A stretch of DNA of 64,000 nt from Eledone cirrhosa (lineage: Eukaryota). Position numbers and translations under genes: made by a program. The stretch lies in the NCBI GenBank assembly GCA_964016885.1, contig OZ024745.1, forward strand, positions 86,552,001 through 86,616,000, given 5' to 3'. Below are positions 36,005-49,412 of this stretch, in pieces. The number at the start of each line of letters is the position of its first letter. The stretch's first letter is position 1. Below the pieces are notes generated by a model. That model was given only the letters and a program-made list of their open reading frames with translations, was not told the DNA's origin and searched no databases.

Positions 36005-37890
36005 ATGTTAAACGAAGCGAACGAAAATAGTGGTGGGGGGACAGCGATAAGAGTTGTAAGCTCGCACGCTTTAGTCCCCCCTTCCTTCCCAACTAACGTC
36101 ATAGAGAAGGAATGAAAAAATAAAATAAAAACAGACGAATCTGCGGAGAAAAATGACGAAAACACAAATCTGGACATGGATTCCAACAACGAAAAAAGAA
36201 AATTTGAAAAATTGCATGACAATATTAATACCACAAACAAAGACAACAAACACAAAAATAACATTTGAAAACAACATCATAACAGAAAGCAAAGCAGACG
36301 ACAAAGTCAACAAGATTTCTTTGCACAAACAACAAAGAAATCTTTGACATATATACCTGAAAATATTTCAGATGTGGCACGAAGAATCACAGACGCCAAA
36401 CAATACATAAGTGAAGGAGAGAATGGTATTTTATCAGTAAAAATGCCTCAAGAACTCACCAAAGACATTGAAAGTCGAACGGTCGTGTTCCGCAACATCA
36501 ACAACACTTCAAAAAAACCTGAACAGCCAACTCAAGCAGATATCAAAACAGTACTCACAGAAGTACTTAATGAAACCACTTTCATAAGAAAAGACAGACT
36601 GTATGGAAGCCTAGCAATTATTAAGAAGAACGAATCGGCGGCAAAAAAATGTGCTTTGTCACCGATTCGTTCGAAATTTTTTACCTTTTATCCATCTTAT
36701 ATGGGTAAAAGAACTCAACGCATATGGCTGGATGCAATGATGCCAGATGTGGACTACTGCTGGCTCATAGCTGGCTTCATCGATCCAGTGAATGACAACG
36801 TGATTTCCATTGGGAAAACCACAGGCAATGCGTTCAGTGGAACAGGTATAGAGCTGGTAGTGCAAATGAAGCCTGAACGCATCGCCCAAATACCCGACAG
36901 AATCCTATTAGAGGGCCAAACATTAGCGTGGAGGGGAGAAGGCCGTCCTGTCATATCTGTGCAGGCAGAGGGCACCTGAAGGCCGCTCGTCCCCAACTCA
37001 ACAGAAAGAAAACCCTGCTACCAACACCAGCTCCACCACCACAACAGATAAACAAACAACAAAACTCAGTCCCACCCAACCCGTCCCTCAGTAAAACTAC
37101 ACCACCACCACAACACAAACAGTCATAACACATTACCCCAAAACAAAATACAGGCCCACCCAACCCCTCACTCAATAAAACAACACAACCACCGCAGACA
37201 CAACACACAACACAGTCTAACATAGTGACATCCATCTCCCCCACAAAGAAAACCAACACGGAAACATTACCAGCAAACATACCTCTTCCCTCCAACACTG
37301 AAGATAACCCAACGAATTCGGAGGAAGAAACGGAGTCCTTCAGACAGATTAAAAGGAAAAAAAGAAAACATGTGCAAAACACACAAGGCCAAACAACCCC
37401 CACCCAAATGTCAACACAATCCAACAAAACAAAAAACACCCCTCCAGCAACAAACAAAACCAAACCTGCCCCTCCCCTCTTCGAAACACTCACACCATCC
37501 GAAAAAAAGACATTACACTATACTTACATCAACAGAAACAATAATAAATTAAATGAACTCATATACAATAATCCTTCGGTACAAACCGAAGGTGTAAACT
37601 TTGTTTCTTCAGAAAACTACCCACATTTAAAATTAATAAAGATCCCAATGAACCTCTATCAAAAACTAAAAAAGGATTTTAAGGAGGACGTAGGACCACC
37701 CTCTGTCAAACCCATAAACCGCGTCCTACTAAAAAGCTTTCCCCCTCCCCTTCCCCTCCCCAACACAACTCCAAACACCTCAACCCCACCACACACTGAC
37801 GACCCCACACCACCACAAGACACCCCTTCACCCAACACCCCCGACCCCATGGAAGTCGTGCGACCCGAACCCCGGGAAGCGGAAAGGTAG
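36005..37890 (+). pseudogene. Tx1 ORF1 (zinc knuckle and Pro/Thr-rich tail), disrupted
   Basis: ATG at 36005 is in frame with 36344-36979 across two stops; CHICAGRGHLKAARP knuckle follows a frameshift; PTNS-rich C-terminus to 37890. Confidence 0.75.
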
Positions 37891-37923
37891 GTCTCTACAC
37901 TCTCCTTTGGCTCTGCCGCCCAC

Positions 37924-40900
37924 ATGGATGTGTTAAGAGTAGGATGTTTGAATGCACGTGGCCTGGGCTCAACTTGGAAGCAAGCAAAGCTTCTAAATGA
38001 CCTCAGGTCATGTGGTATAAATGTAATGGTTATCTGTGAGACTCGGATCAGCGTCGTGCGGCAGCTGGCCCCTACCTTCGATGACTTTGAGGTGCACGCA
38101 TCTCTCTGTCAACCTGGAGGTGGGGGTGGGGTTGTCGTACTGCTGCAAAACACCTGGGTCTTGCCGTACAGGTTGTGCACTCGGACCCGGAGGGTCGTTT
38201 GTTGGTGCTAGACGTTGGCAGTAGTGAAGGTGCGGCCTTGAGACTCGTCGCCGTCTACTCCCCTTTCGGAACTGAACGGCCCGACTTCTTCCAGCGTTTG
38301 GAGACTTTTCTGGGAACGTCGCGTTCCCTGTTTCTAGCGGGGGATTGGAATGACATCCTAGATGCACGTTGGGACTATGCAGGAGCATGTCCTAATAGAT
38401 TGGGGGTGTAGCAGCCTCAAGGGGTTACTCGACCGTTTTAACTTGGTCGATAGATATCGACTAGATTTTCCAACTGTGCCTACCCGGACTTGGAGAAACC
38501 ACAGTGGTCAATCTAGATCGTACTTAGATAGATTCTTAGTTAGAAGTAAGGATAGGGACATATTAAGCTGTCCAGAAATGCGCACGGTTGGCTATACGGA
38601 TCACAAATTAGTGACCTGCGTAGTCAATCTCGAGAAAACCAGGGTTCCGGTTACTGGAAACTTAATTTGTCTTTACCGGCAAAAGAGACTTACAGAAACC
38701 GGATTAGCAGATTAGTTAAGGAGAGGTTGACGGGTGCAATCGTCAACAACCGATGGTGGGCATCTCTCAAAAGAGAGATTAGAACAGAATCAATAAGTTA
38801 TAGCAAGATGTTAGCTGCCGATAGGAATAGAAACGAGAAAGAATTAACAGGTAAATTAGAAGAGGCAATCAAGAGCGCGAAGATGTGGCCAGAGTGCTGG
38901 CATCGAGGACGGCCTTGAACCAGTTTTTCGATGCAAAGCACGAAGGCTGCGTCATTCGAAGTAAAATACGTGCTCTAGGTAATGAGGGGGCCAAAGCCGT
39001 TGGCTGGGCCCGCGTGACAGAAGCTAAGAGTGGAAATCGATCCACCATCCGGTCGTTGCAAGACTAGGATGGACGGGTGATCCGGGAGCCTAAGCAGATG
39101 TGCGAGGCCTTTCAAAGGCACTTTGCCCGATTATTCGGGGGAGGAGAGGGTCCGGGCGGGGACGTGGATTTCGGTCCATACCTCGACGGCCTGCCGCGTC
39201 TCTCGAGCGAAGAGGCAGAGTCCTGCGAGGGACCAATCTCGGCTGATGAGATCGGAGATGCGCTGAGCCAATGCAGCAGACGTAAATCTCCAGGTCTCGA
39301 TGGTATACCTTACGAACTTTATTTAGCAATGCCGGTCTTCTTCTCCGAACTCCTCGAAGCGGTCTACTGCAATTGGCAGCAGAACGGGAGAATTCCTTGT
39401 TCTGTAGCCAAGGGCGTAGTCTCGCTGGTGAGGAAGGACGAGAACAAGGGGGATAGTATAAATAATTTTCGGCCCATAACCCTGCTAAACACAGAGTTAA
39501 AGATTTCTGCCAAGGTGTTAGCAAAGAGGTTGGCGCTTGTCGTGGGTAGCCTGGTGGGAGATGCGCAGACATGTGCTATCCCATCCAGGTCCATTCACGA
39601 TAACCTCCACCTCATGCGATACATCATAGAGAGGGTTGGCAACAAACCCGGCTTCGGTGGGGCCCTGATCAACTTGGATCAATCTAAGGCCTTCGATAGG
39701 GTCGACCATGGTTACCTGGATGCGGTGCTAGCGGCGGCTGGCTTCGGTCCTGTTTTCAGAGGCTGGATCACTGCCTTACATAGCAACCACATCTGTTCTA
39801 GGATCAAGGTGAACGGCTACCTTTCGAAGCCGTTCGAAATCACACGATCCGACAGGGGTGCCCTCTCTCCTCCCTTCTGTACGTATTGACTCTCGAGCCT
39901 TTACTGAGGAAGTTAGAGTTGTTGCAGGGTATCCCCCTGGAACCAGGATTGAGCAAAGCGGTGTCGGCCTACGCCGATGACGTAACAGTAATGGTATCGA
40001 CCGACTCGGAAATCGAGGCGATCGGTACCTTACTGGAGGATTACGAAAGGTTGTCAGGAGCGAAACTCAACCGGGAAAAATCCATCGGGCTGCAACTCGG
40101 AACGTGGAGAGGCAGACCGATGCCTCCCGACGGTGTCGTCGGACACTGGACGGAGGGCCCGGTAAAGTTGCTTGGGGTCTGGTTTGGACCGGACCTCCAG
40201 GTGGAAAAGAACTGGGACGAGGTTACGAACAAGGTGTTTGCACTAACCCAGAAATGGGCCAAGTGTAAGCTGTCCCTAAAAGGCCGGGCGGAGGTGGCGA
40301 ACATTTACATAGCGTCCGTCACTTACTACCGCCTGACTGTCGTGCCTTGCCCTAAGGAAACACTCACCACCATGGAACGCATGCTCTTCCAATTTCTTTG
40401 GAAGAAACGCCCTCCTATGGTGAGAAGATCCATCTGCTGCCAACAACCTTCGAAAGGAGGGCTGGGGATGCCGTGGTTGATGATGCGTAGGCACGCATTA
40501 AGGCTACGGCACCTACAGGTATTCCTCACTGGTAAACCGGTGTGGGCTCCGTTCGTGAAACGAGCCTTCCCGAGACACGTCTCGCTCACCGAGCTGCAGT
40601 CCTGGGTCAAGCAAAGATCCGGAAAACTGGGAGACTGGCACACTGAGTGTGCTCAGGCGCTCAGGGCTCTCTGGCAAGCGGGCCAGGCCATCGGTGGAGA
40701 ATCCACCTCATCATTCTATAGTGGGCTGGTGGCTAGCAGGGGCGATGACACCCTTGTAGAGTCGCTGGACATGGAAGAGGACGAACTGGCCAGCCTGTTC
40801 GGTAGGACTTTCGGCCCGGGACCAATGGACAACTTCCAGAAGTCACTAGCCTGGCAGTGCTACCGGGGGGCTCTACCCGTTCGAGAGAGGCTCTACAGAC

Positions 40901-41352
40901 ACGGGCGCCCGGGCAGGGATCCCTCAAAAAAGATTTGCCCTAGATGCGTGCGTCACGAAGAAACCGTTGCGCACGCATTGGTGCAATGTCCGGGCGTGGC
41001 TGATCTGTGGGGCTACGCCGAACGACTGCTGTCGCGGGTGGCGCCGATTCAATTGACCGCCGAGTCCGTGATGACAATCAAACCGCCTCCCCTCTTCACA
41101 AAGGAAGCAAAGGCGGTTTTTCTGTGCGTAATAGCCATGTTGAAAGAGGTTGTTTGGTGGACACGATTGAAAGGTCTGAGGTCAGGCAACTTCCTCTCTG
41201 GCCATAGTCTGGTCTACTTCTTCCGATATCACTTCGGAAGAAGGATAAGAATGGAGAGAGAGGTGCTTGGCCACAGGCAGTTTTATGAAAGGTGGGTGAT
41301 AGTGGCGAGAATGGCTCGTGTAAATGGGCCTTCTCTGTATACCATCCTGTAG
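37924..41352 (+). pseudogene. Tx1 ORF2 (APE endonuclease + RT + zinc domain), several frameshifts
   Basis: LNARGL, ICET, AGDWN, SYLDRFLV and YTDHK (APE); NFRPITLLN, DQSKAFD and AYADDV (RT); CPRC...HALVQC. Confidence 0.93.
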
Positions 41353-42159
41353 GTAAAGAAGTGAAGGAGAGGGGAGCACTTTCTCCATGTGCTCCCTGGG
41401 CAAAGGATTGCACACTTTTTCGGGGGTGTGTGCAACCCCCATCACGTCCCCTCCCTTTTGAGGTTATTTTCGATTATTTTCATTTTATACCCTTTTTACT
41501 CGATTGTATGTAAACTCCCCCTTTGTATTTGTCCCTTCTTTTTATGCCTTTATGGTAAATAAAGAAATATATCTATTTATTTGCCTGTGTCTACTTTTGT
41601 TTTCATATTCATCCCTGTCCTAGTTATTTTGACTAGTTTTATCTCTTTATATATAGACTGAATATATATTTATAACACCAAAACAACGTATCTCTAGCCG
41701 TCGACTGATGAGATGGGACTACTGTCTGTATTGGTTCATTTTCCGATCTTCACCCATATTTATTCATTTATACAGTTATATATACAGGACGAAGAGAAAT
41801 AAATTACTGTGACGGAGAACGATAACCACAAACTAGAAGTGGGCTTAATTAGAAAAAATAAAGATAATACATAACTTTAATTACTTTTAATGATAAATGA
41901 AATTAGTGATATTTTCTCTCAATCAGTAACAGAAATGTCTTCAGGAATAATGTAATCGAACTGAAATGGTTTCCTGCTAAAATACTCAGTATTGCACAAG
42001 CTCCATTTCCTGGCGAACGTTCATTTGTTCTATAGTATTCGCTTTTTCTGTAAGGGAATAGAATGTGTTGTGGTATAAAGGAGTTGAAGATGTGTTATTG
42101 AGGAGTGTAACGCAGTGTTAGGCTCAGCTGGCTCACCTACGCTACATCTGAGGTTTTGT

Positions 42160-42910
42160 GACAATGCTAGACATCGTTAGAGTCGGACGCCATGTTTTGC
42201 AGCATTACGGTCCATTACGGTCTGAGTTCAAATCCCACCGAGGTTAACTTTGCCTTTCATCCTTACGGGGTCGATAAAATACAGCACCATTACTGGGGTA
42301 GATTTAATCAACTTTACCCTTCCCCAAAATTACTGGCCTTGTGTCTATACTAGACATTGTTATTATTTTAAACATAGCTATCTTTGTCAACCGATTATAA
42401 CATGAGGAAAGGACATAAGGAAAAACGAAAGAAAAAACCCCAAAAGGCGACAAATAAGGATGGAGAAAACTCTATAAGGGGATAGAAAACTCTATAAGGG
42501 AATAGACATCGTTATTATGTGGATTGGCAGAATCGGTAGAGGGTCGGACGTCATGCTTTCCAGCATAGTTACGTCCCTTTACGATCTGAGTTCAAATCTC
42601 GCCGAGGTTGACTTTGCCTTTCATCCTTACGGGGTCGATAAAATAAAGTACCAGTAATGCACTGGGTAATTGCTGGCCTTGTGCCTAAAGTAGAAACAGT
42701 TATTATTTCAAGTATCAGGGCGGTAGATTGGCAGTATCGGTAGAGGGTCGGACGCTATGCTTTGACGCACAGAGTTACGGCCCTTGCCATTCTGAGTTCG
42801 AATCCCGCCGAGGTTAACTTTGCCTTTCATACGGGGTCGATAAAATAAAGTATCAGTAATGCACTGGGTAATTGCTGGCCTTGTGCCAAAAAGTAGAAAC
42901 AGTTATTATT
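42160..42910 (+). mobile_element. Three SINE copies (about 42160-42365, 42520-42707, 42718-42910)
   Basis: Consensus head, core and tail in each. Confidence 0.88.
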
Positions 42911-43819
42911 TATGACAAATGGTGACAAATAAAGAGGGGAAAAACTCTATAATTTTGGTCTCAATGAGGATCAAAAAGTAAAATGGTAGAAAATAATTTA
43001 ATTGAACAGAACTTAAATAAAAATATGTTTCCTCTTTCTCTTCTGTCTTTTGAAAGAAGCGGTATTCCTAATTTGGAATAAACATATTCTTTATTAACTA
43101 CAATAACTTGTCCTTGAAACTTTTCTCTTCAAAAAACGATTCTTCATCAATATCAGATATTTTTACCATTTCTCTCCTTTTTTTCTTCTCATTTTATATT
43201 ATGTTTTTCTTATATCACATAAACACTGTTTGAGAAAATCTGACTACAACACTGCAGGATGGATAAATGATACTGGAATAAACTGTTATAGAGAATCTTC
43301 ATTGGAATTATTTATGAAATCATATGCTTCACCAAGGAGCTCAAAGCTAAACTAACTAATATTCACTTCTTTTTCTTTTCTTATATTTTGTACATTTGTT
43401 TATAAAAAAAAACAGTTGAATGTAATCGAATATAGGAAAAGACAGCAACAGATATATAGGTGTTATTTGTTCAATGTGAAGTGGAAAGATAAAGACGTTG
43501 TTTACTAAAGCAAAATAAGTACTAAGTTGAGTTCCAACATTGCTGTTGGGTGTACCAGAAAAAATCCCAATCAAATTCCTTTCGAACCAAACAGCAACAT
43601 CTTAAGAAAGAAAGGATGTAATTTGCATAATATTCCTTCTTCATGCTTTGTTTGAAAATATAAAAAATATGACAGGATGAACATGGCTGCACATTTTTGA
43701 TCATAAGATCATAATTATTTTGGAAAGGGCATGACCCAATATTGGGTCGTCAAGTATAAAATTTGTAAAAATTTGTTTTTTTCTACAAATTTCTACAAAT
43801 TTTATAGTTGACGACTCAA

Positions 43820-44085
43820 TAGTCGGGATTCTTACTGTACGATCGTAAGGTCATCGGTTCAATTCATGGACTGGCTGCTGCGTTGTGTTCTTGAGCAAAA
43901 CACTATATTTTACATTACTCAAGTTTACTCAGCTTAGAGTGAGTTCCAACAGTAGCTGGGAAGTTAATCCTGCGATAGACCGGCATCCTATCCAGGGAGA
44001 GTCTTGTACTCTCAGTCGCTTAACGCAAAGAACACCGAGGATAAGTACCGTCCTGATGAGTGTTCTGCTTAGAACAGATTTTAAA
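43820..44085 (+). mobile_element. Second-family SINE (V-domain-like)
   Basis: GGTTCAATTC B-box, TTGAGCAAAACACTATATTTTAC and AATCCTGCGATAGACCGGCATCCTATCCAGGG. Confidence 0.8.
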
Positions 44086-44554
44086 GCAACAAGTGTAGAT
44101 ATATCATAACATTTATTTAGTTAAGCAATATAACACTAGTTACCTTCTTAAAATATTACTGGAACACATAGATGACAACAGAGAAAGAATTCTAGTTGTC
44201 AAGGGTTAAGAGATAAGATTGAAAAGAAGCTGTCTTTCACGGACAGATCGAATAGAAGAATATGTTTTACCGAACTAGAGAAGGTTCAGAATGCCGCAAT
44301 TCATTCATCCGGCCTCAAATGTTATGTATCTATTATATAACTAGATTTTATATATCAATCATAAATCTAGATGTTGTCACTTTTCATATATGTATGTGTT
44401 AGAAATATGCGTATATGTGTACAAATAATTTTGTTTGCTTGTATGTATAACATCGTTGTAATATATAAACTATATTAAGATACGGTCATAAGTTGAGAAT
44501 ATAATAGCCATCTATCATATTTCTATTGATTACTGAAAATAAATCAATATTGTG

Positions 44555-45695
44555 AAATGGCAGAACCGGGAGAGCATCAAAAGATAGGATTTGAAATATT
44601 GTTCCCAGCTCTTTACATTCTGAATTCAAATACCACCGAGGTCACATTTGCCCTTTATCTTCCTGGAGTCGGTACAATAAAGTACCAGTCGAATACTGCG
44701 GTCGGCAATATTAGGTTGTTTAATATCTCATTCGATCCAAACAAGGTTGATGTTATTTAACACCAGGTCATCCCTCACCGAGTAGATCTATGATCAATGG
44801 CATACCAGCCATCACCATCCCCTAGGCGTATATATCTGGCACTACAATGTATTCGTTCCTCTTTATCTAAGACGGTGGGTGAGATTTGAGCTTAAGTTGG
44901 CTGCTATCTCTAGGAGATTGGTTTACCACATAAAAGCTCCAGCTATGAAGTTATTATTGTTGTTATTGTAGGTGGTGGTAGTGCTGGTAGTAGTAGGAGG
45001 GTTGTTTGTGAAAGTATTATGATCCTAGTAGTTACTGTTTTTATTAAGTTTAGTTAACTTACTTTTCTAGTTTTACTTTCTTTCTTATTCTTTGTGTTAA
45101 CCATAACTAGTTGCTATCTTCTTACCGCGTTAATTAGCAAAAAGCTCTTGGTGCATCGACGCTTGACGTGTTTATCGTAATTTTTGATGTTTCTTAATGC
45201 TCCAAGTGAGTCTGTCTTTAGACACATACACCAATATTTCCAGTTCCTAATGGTGATGTTATTATTGGCATAGTTTTTGCGTTATTGAATTGTTCGTTTT
45301 ATTATCTTTCCTGATATTATTTTCCTAGCTTCTAATTTTTGTTGGTGATAGTTGATATCTTTAACACCGTTTTTTTTTAAAAATATATTTTAGTAGAAGT
45401 GAAAATGCGACAAACAGAATGACTGCCGTTAACTTGACTACACATCTTTACGTTCTAACTTCAAATTGTGCCAAGGTTAATTTTTCCTTTCCTCTTTCAG
45501 AGTCCAAACAAAATGTCTGCCGCTACTTAGTTACACATCTTTACGTTTTAACTTCCAATTACTCCGAAGTTAACTTTGCTTTTCCTCTTTCGGAGTCGAT
45601 AAAATAAACACCAGACGAATATTAGAGTCGATATAATCAACCATTCTCTCTCTCAAATATTTCTGGCCTTGTACCTATATAAAAAATTATTATTA
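44555..45695 (+). mobile_element. Old degenerate SINE remnants (about 44555-44700, 45420-45695)
   Basis: Decayed TTCAAAT..CCGAGGT..CTTTGCC and GGAGTCGATAAAATAAA motifs. Confidence 0.55.
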
Positions 45696-46059
45696 TCAAT
45701 TTACTTTTATTTCGTTGTTTTATGTTTTGAAATAAGATGGCTATATCTTTTATCGGCGCTGTTGACTTAATTCTGACTTAATTCATTTATATAGAAACAT
45801 GTATTATAAGCACCCTAAATCAGTGAGAACGATTCATAATTCACTGCTAGTTTGTTCACTTGCAATTCACTGCTAGTCTCAATGCTACACCTAATATCGT
45901 CAACCCATAACATCAGAGGAAACTAATGATGCTCTGCGTATGCAAATAGTAAAGTATAATAAATTATTTTGCTGTGAGGAAGAGAAGTTTCAGCGTGGGA
46001 CTCATCGTCGGAGTCTTTCTTAGTCTCATATGTCCTGGGGCATATTGGGCAATGGGCCC

Positions 46060-46385
46060 TCTCAAATTTACACGATCAGCTGCGGCATCTTGCATACTTT
46101 CTCAATTAAGACCAATCCTCTGAAGATCTTCTTTGAAAGTTGAGCGTCAGGTGTTGTGGGGTTTCCCTTTTTACCGCTTACCACTGACTGGGAAGCATCT
46201 CATTACCACAGAGGGGTTACTGTACTCAAACATGCGCAGAATGTGTCCAGCCAGTTTCAGGGCGCGTTTCAGCGATGGTGCCAGTCAGTAGCCTCTGTTT
46301 ACCTCTCTTCAGCACTTCTACATTAGTAATCCGGTCTCGATAAGTGATTTTCAGAATTTTACATGCAACCGAATAACAAATGTCA
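46060..46385 (-). mobile_element. RTE-clade LINE 3' coding remnant
   Basis: CKILKITYRDRITNVEVLKR followed by LAGHILRM-like codons. Confidence 0.7.
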
Positions 46386-46899
46386 AGCAATTGGCTTTCT
46401 GTTATCCCCCAATTCATTAACTGAATAAATATTCAAGACAACGGGAGAGTTTCTTCGTCGATCGATCTGACAGAAAGAGAACTCAAATATTTTTGTATAT
46501 TTTCAAAGAAAAGAAAAAACGAATAAGAGAAAATTAAATGGATAGGCGCAACTAGGTAAAAATACAAAAACAAAAACAAAAACAAAAACAAAAATAAAAA
46601 AACAAAACAAAACAAACAAACGAATAATGGCTGTATGTAGCTAGACCTTTTTTGTTCATAGGGCTGTTCGACTGGGGCTTTGCTGGAATTAAACAACAAC
46701 GAAAATATCTACAAATAAAATTGCGTTATTTTTTATATTTCTTAAACTATTAGGGATATATTGTGGTTTTGCTTTTGGTGGAAATAGGTTCTTCTTTCAA
46801 TTAAAAGCAAGTAATATAAATTATTTTTAAGGAAGTGCAATGGTTTATAGCATCTCTCTGGAAAATGATATTGTATTTAAAGTTATATTCTAACATTAT

Positions 46900-47447
46900 A
46901 GTCTTCGGAATAACGTTACTCGATAGAGTGCGTAACTCGCAGATCAGAGAGTCACTCCAGGTTGAGCCGCACTTATCTTGAAGGGTCTTTGGAGTAACGT
47001 TACTCGATAGAGTGTGCAGCTCGGAGACGAGACAGTCACTCCAGGTTGAGCCGCTACTTCCCCTGAAGGGTCTTTGGAGTAAAGTTATTCGATAGAGTGT
47101 GTAGCTCGCAGATCAGAGAATTACTCCAGGTAGAGCAGCTACTTCTGAAGGGTCTTTGGAGTAACGTTACTCGATAGAGTGCGTAGCTCGGAGATCAGAG
47201 AGTTATTCTAGGTAGACCCTCTACTTCTCCGAATTGAGAGATCACAGCTCTGACACTATGGGTATGGGGTTAGAATGTCTCAGGAAAGAATCGCTAAACA
47301 GATTTTATGGGTAAAACCAGCCGGCAGGAGACCCAGGAGTATACCCTAAGCAAGATGGTTGGATAACATACATGATCTTGGCTGATCAGTTGGAGACGAT
47401 TGCTTCTGACATGTCCCGCTGAAGGGGTGTTTGAGGACTCTGACCCC
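46900..47447 (+). mobile_element. 5'-truncated RTE (Expander-like) 3' end whose first ~83 bp occur four times in tandem
   Basis: Unit encodes (R)VFGVTLLDRVRSSEIRESLQVEPLL; the last unit continues LRIERSQL*HYGYGVRMSQERIAKQILWVKPAGRRPRS. Confidence 0.8.
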
Positions 47448-47482
47448 ACGACGACGACGAAGAAGAAGAAGAAAAAGAAGAA

Positions 47483-47523
<41 letters not shown>

Positions 47524-47608
47524 AGAAGAAGAAGAAGAAGAAGAAGAAGAAGAAGAAGAAGAAGAAGAAGAAGAAGAAGAAGAAGAAGAAGAAGAAGAAG
47601 AAGAAGAA
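47448..47608. repeat. (GAC)n/(GAA)n compound microsatellite
   Basis: Composition. Confidence 0.98.
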
Positions 47609-47733
47609 TATTATATTTGAGGTTCTTGAAGAGAAATTAGTTTAATGTATAGCGACACGTTAAACCAAGTCTAATTGCGGATCTGAGAAGAAGAATCAAC
47701 TTTAGACATTAATGATATTACAAGATATATAAT

Positions 47734-48690
47734 ACTAGACATGAAAAATGCGCAAGCTCAAAAGTGCCACAGAATGTTATAATAAACCTTCAAAAGTGTG
47801 GGACTAGAGTTGTTGCTAAAAAATATTGTAATCATTATATATCGTACATTCTGTGGCATCCTTTATAAAAATAGCTTAAACCAACGAAGCCTTTATTTTT
47901 ACGCTATTTCACTTAGTTAATTCTTAGAGTGTAACATATAAAAATATGATTTACAACTATAAAATAAATTAATTAATATAATAACAGAGCTGCGGAGCTG
48001 AAATTTAGGAAATAATGGAGTATCGGATCCTGAGTTGGAGCCAGTCAATTTTTAGCCGACTCCGCAGCCCTGTATAATACATTTCATATTAAAGTTATTA
48101 ATAAACCTATTTTACACTGCATGCAAATTACCACGAGATATTGATATTAGATATAAGATACAGCGCAATATCTACAGCTGTAAAAGTACGAAAGCGAAGT
48201 AATAATAAGTGGCTTAAGGTAATTCCAATATGAAAGTTTGTAGTGATAAAAATTTGATAATGCAATACGATTGTTAATATTATAGTTCTATGAAAATGTA
48301 ACAATAGATAACTAAATTATTTTACTATTAGTATATTTAAGAAATTATCATTATAGATTTGATCGTTCATATAAGCATCATATTAATTTTCAACACAATT
48401 ATTTTGTTACTATGAGTATATGATAATAATATTACGTAATTATTTATAGCTGTTATTACATTAAACATAGATGTATTTATTTTTATATGTTACACTCTAA
48501 GAATTAACTAAGTGAAATAGCGTAAAAATAAAGGCTTCGTTGGTTTAAGCTATTTTTATAAAGGATGCCACAGAATGTACGATATATAATGATTACAATA
48601 TTTTTTAGCAACAACTCTAGTCCCACACTTTTGAAGGTTTATTATAACATTCTGTGGCACTTTTGAGCTTGCGCATTTTTCATGTCTAGT
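47734..48690. repeat. 213-bp inverted repeat pair (47734-47946 / 48478-48690) with a 531-bp spacer
   Basis: Arms read as exact reverse complements. Confidence 0.93.
47985..48072. mobile_element. 88-bp hAT-like MITE
   Basis: TIRs CAGAGCTGCGGAG / CTCCGCAGCCCTG; 8-bp TSD TATAATAA / TATAATAC. Confidence 0.7.
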
Positions 48691-49244
48691 TTAATATTTT
48701 TTTAAGGCAACGCTTGTAATAACTCTAGTTAAACAGGATATATATTAATAATAAATTATCGTTGTAATGTAATTAGATTATGTAATTGTTATTATAAATT
48801 ATCTTATAAATATTAGTGTAAGATGTATAAAAATATTTTCAGACTTTTAATATAAACAACTACAAAAAACAATCAATATTAAATCAATATATTATACATA
48901 ATAGAAGACATAAAATAAACAATACAAATACAAAATATTTACATACAATTGCAATTATCAGTGTATATACATTTTCTTTATATTCTCTGAGCAAATTAAT
49001 AAGATTTGTTTTTATTGTACATAATTTGATGACTTGTTGGTGTGTATTAAAAGATAGCAACAATTTGTGATTAAATTGTTATCTTAAGCAACTCACTTTT
49101 TAATAGTTGTTGGCTGAGCGAAATTGTAAAAGCCTATGAGCAAATATAAAAAAAAATACACAAACAACATTTCCTTGTGTTATTACAACATTAGATAAAA
49201 TAATTGAGCAATGTCGTTATATTTTGCTCTTATTGCACATTAAT

Positions 49245-49412
49245 AGTGTTTCTATTTTTCGGCACAAATCCATTACGGCAGTCCATTACTGGTACTTTAT
49301 TTTATCAAATTAGTAAGTATGAAAGTCGAAGTTAACCTCGGCAGGATTTGAACTTAGAATGCAAAGGACCATAACAATACTGCAAAGCATGGTGTCTGAC
49401 GCTCTACCAATA
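49245..49412 (-). mobile_element. Diverged SINE
   Basis: Reverse-complement core and B-box. Confidence 0.78.

Larger units (their letters stand above)
35771..41569 (+). mobile_element. Full-length Tx1/L1-clade LINE (about 5.8 kb) with a 20-bp TSD
   Basis: TSD TATCTATTTATTTGCCTGTG at 35751-35770 and 41570-41589; ORF1 followed by ORF2; 3' end AATAAAGAAA. Confidence 0.95.

Noticed and set aside
41714-41760. Hammerhead at CTGATGAGATGGG
   Set aside because: No GAAA or helix III after the putative helix II.
43040-43700. Possible coding remnant on the minus strand
   Set aside because: Multiple stops and no recognisable motif.
46900-47235. CRISPR-like array
   Set aside because: Contiguous tandem units with no unique spacers; the units translate as RTE LINE sequence; eukaryotic context.
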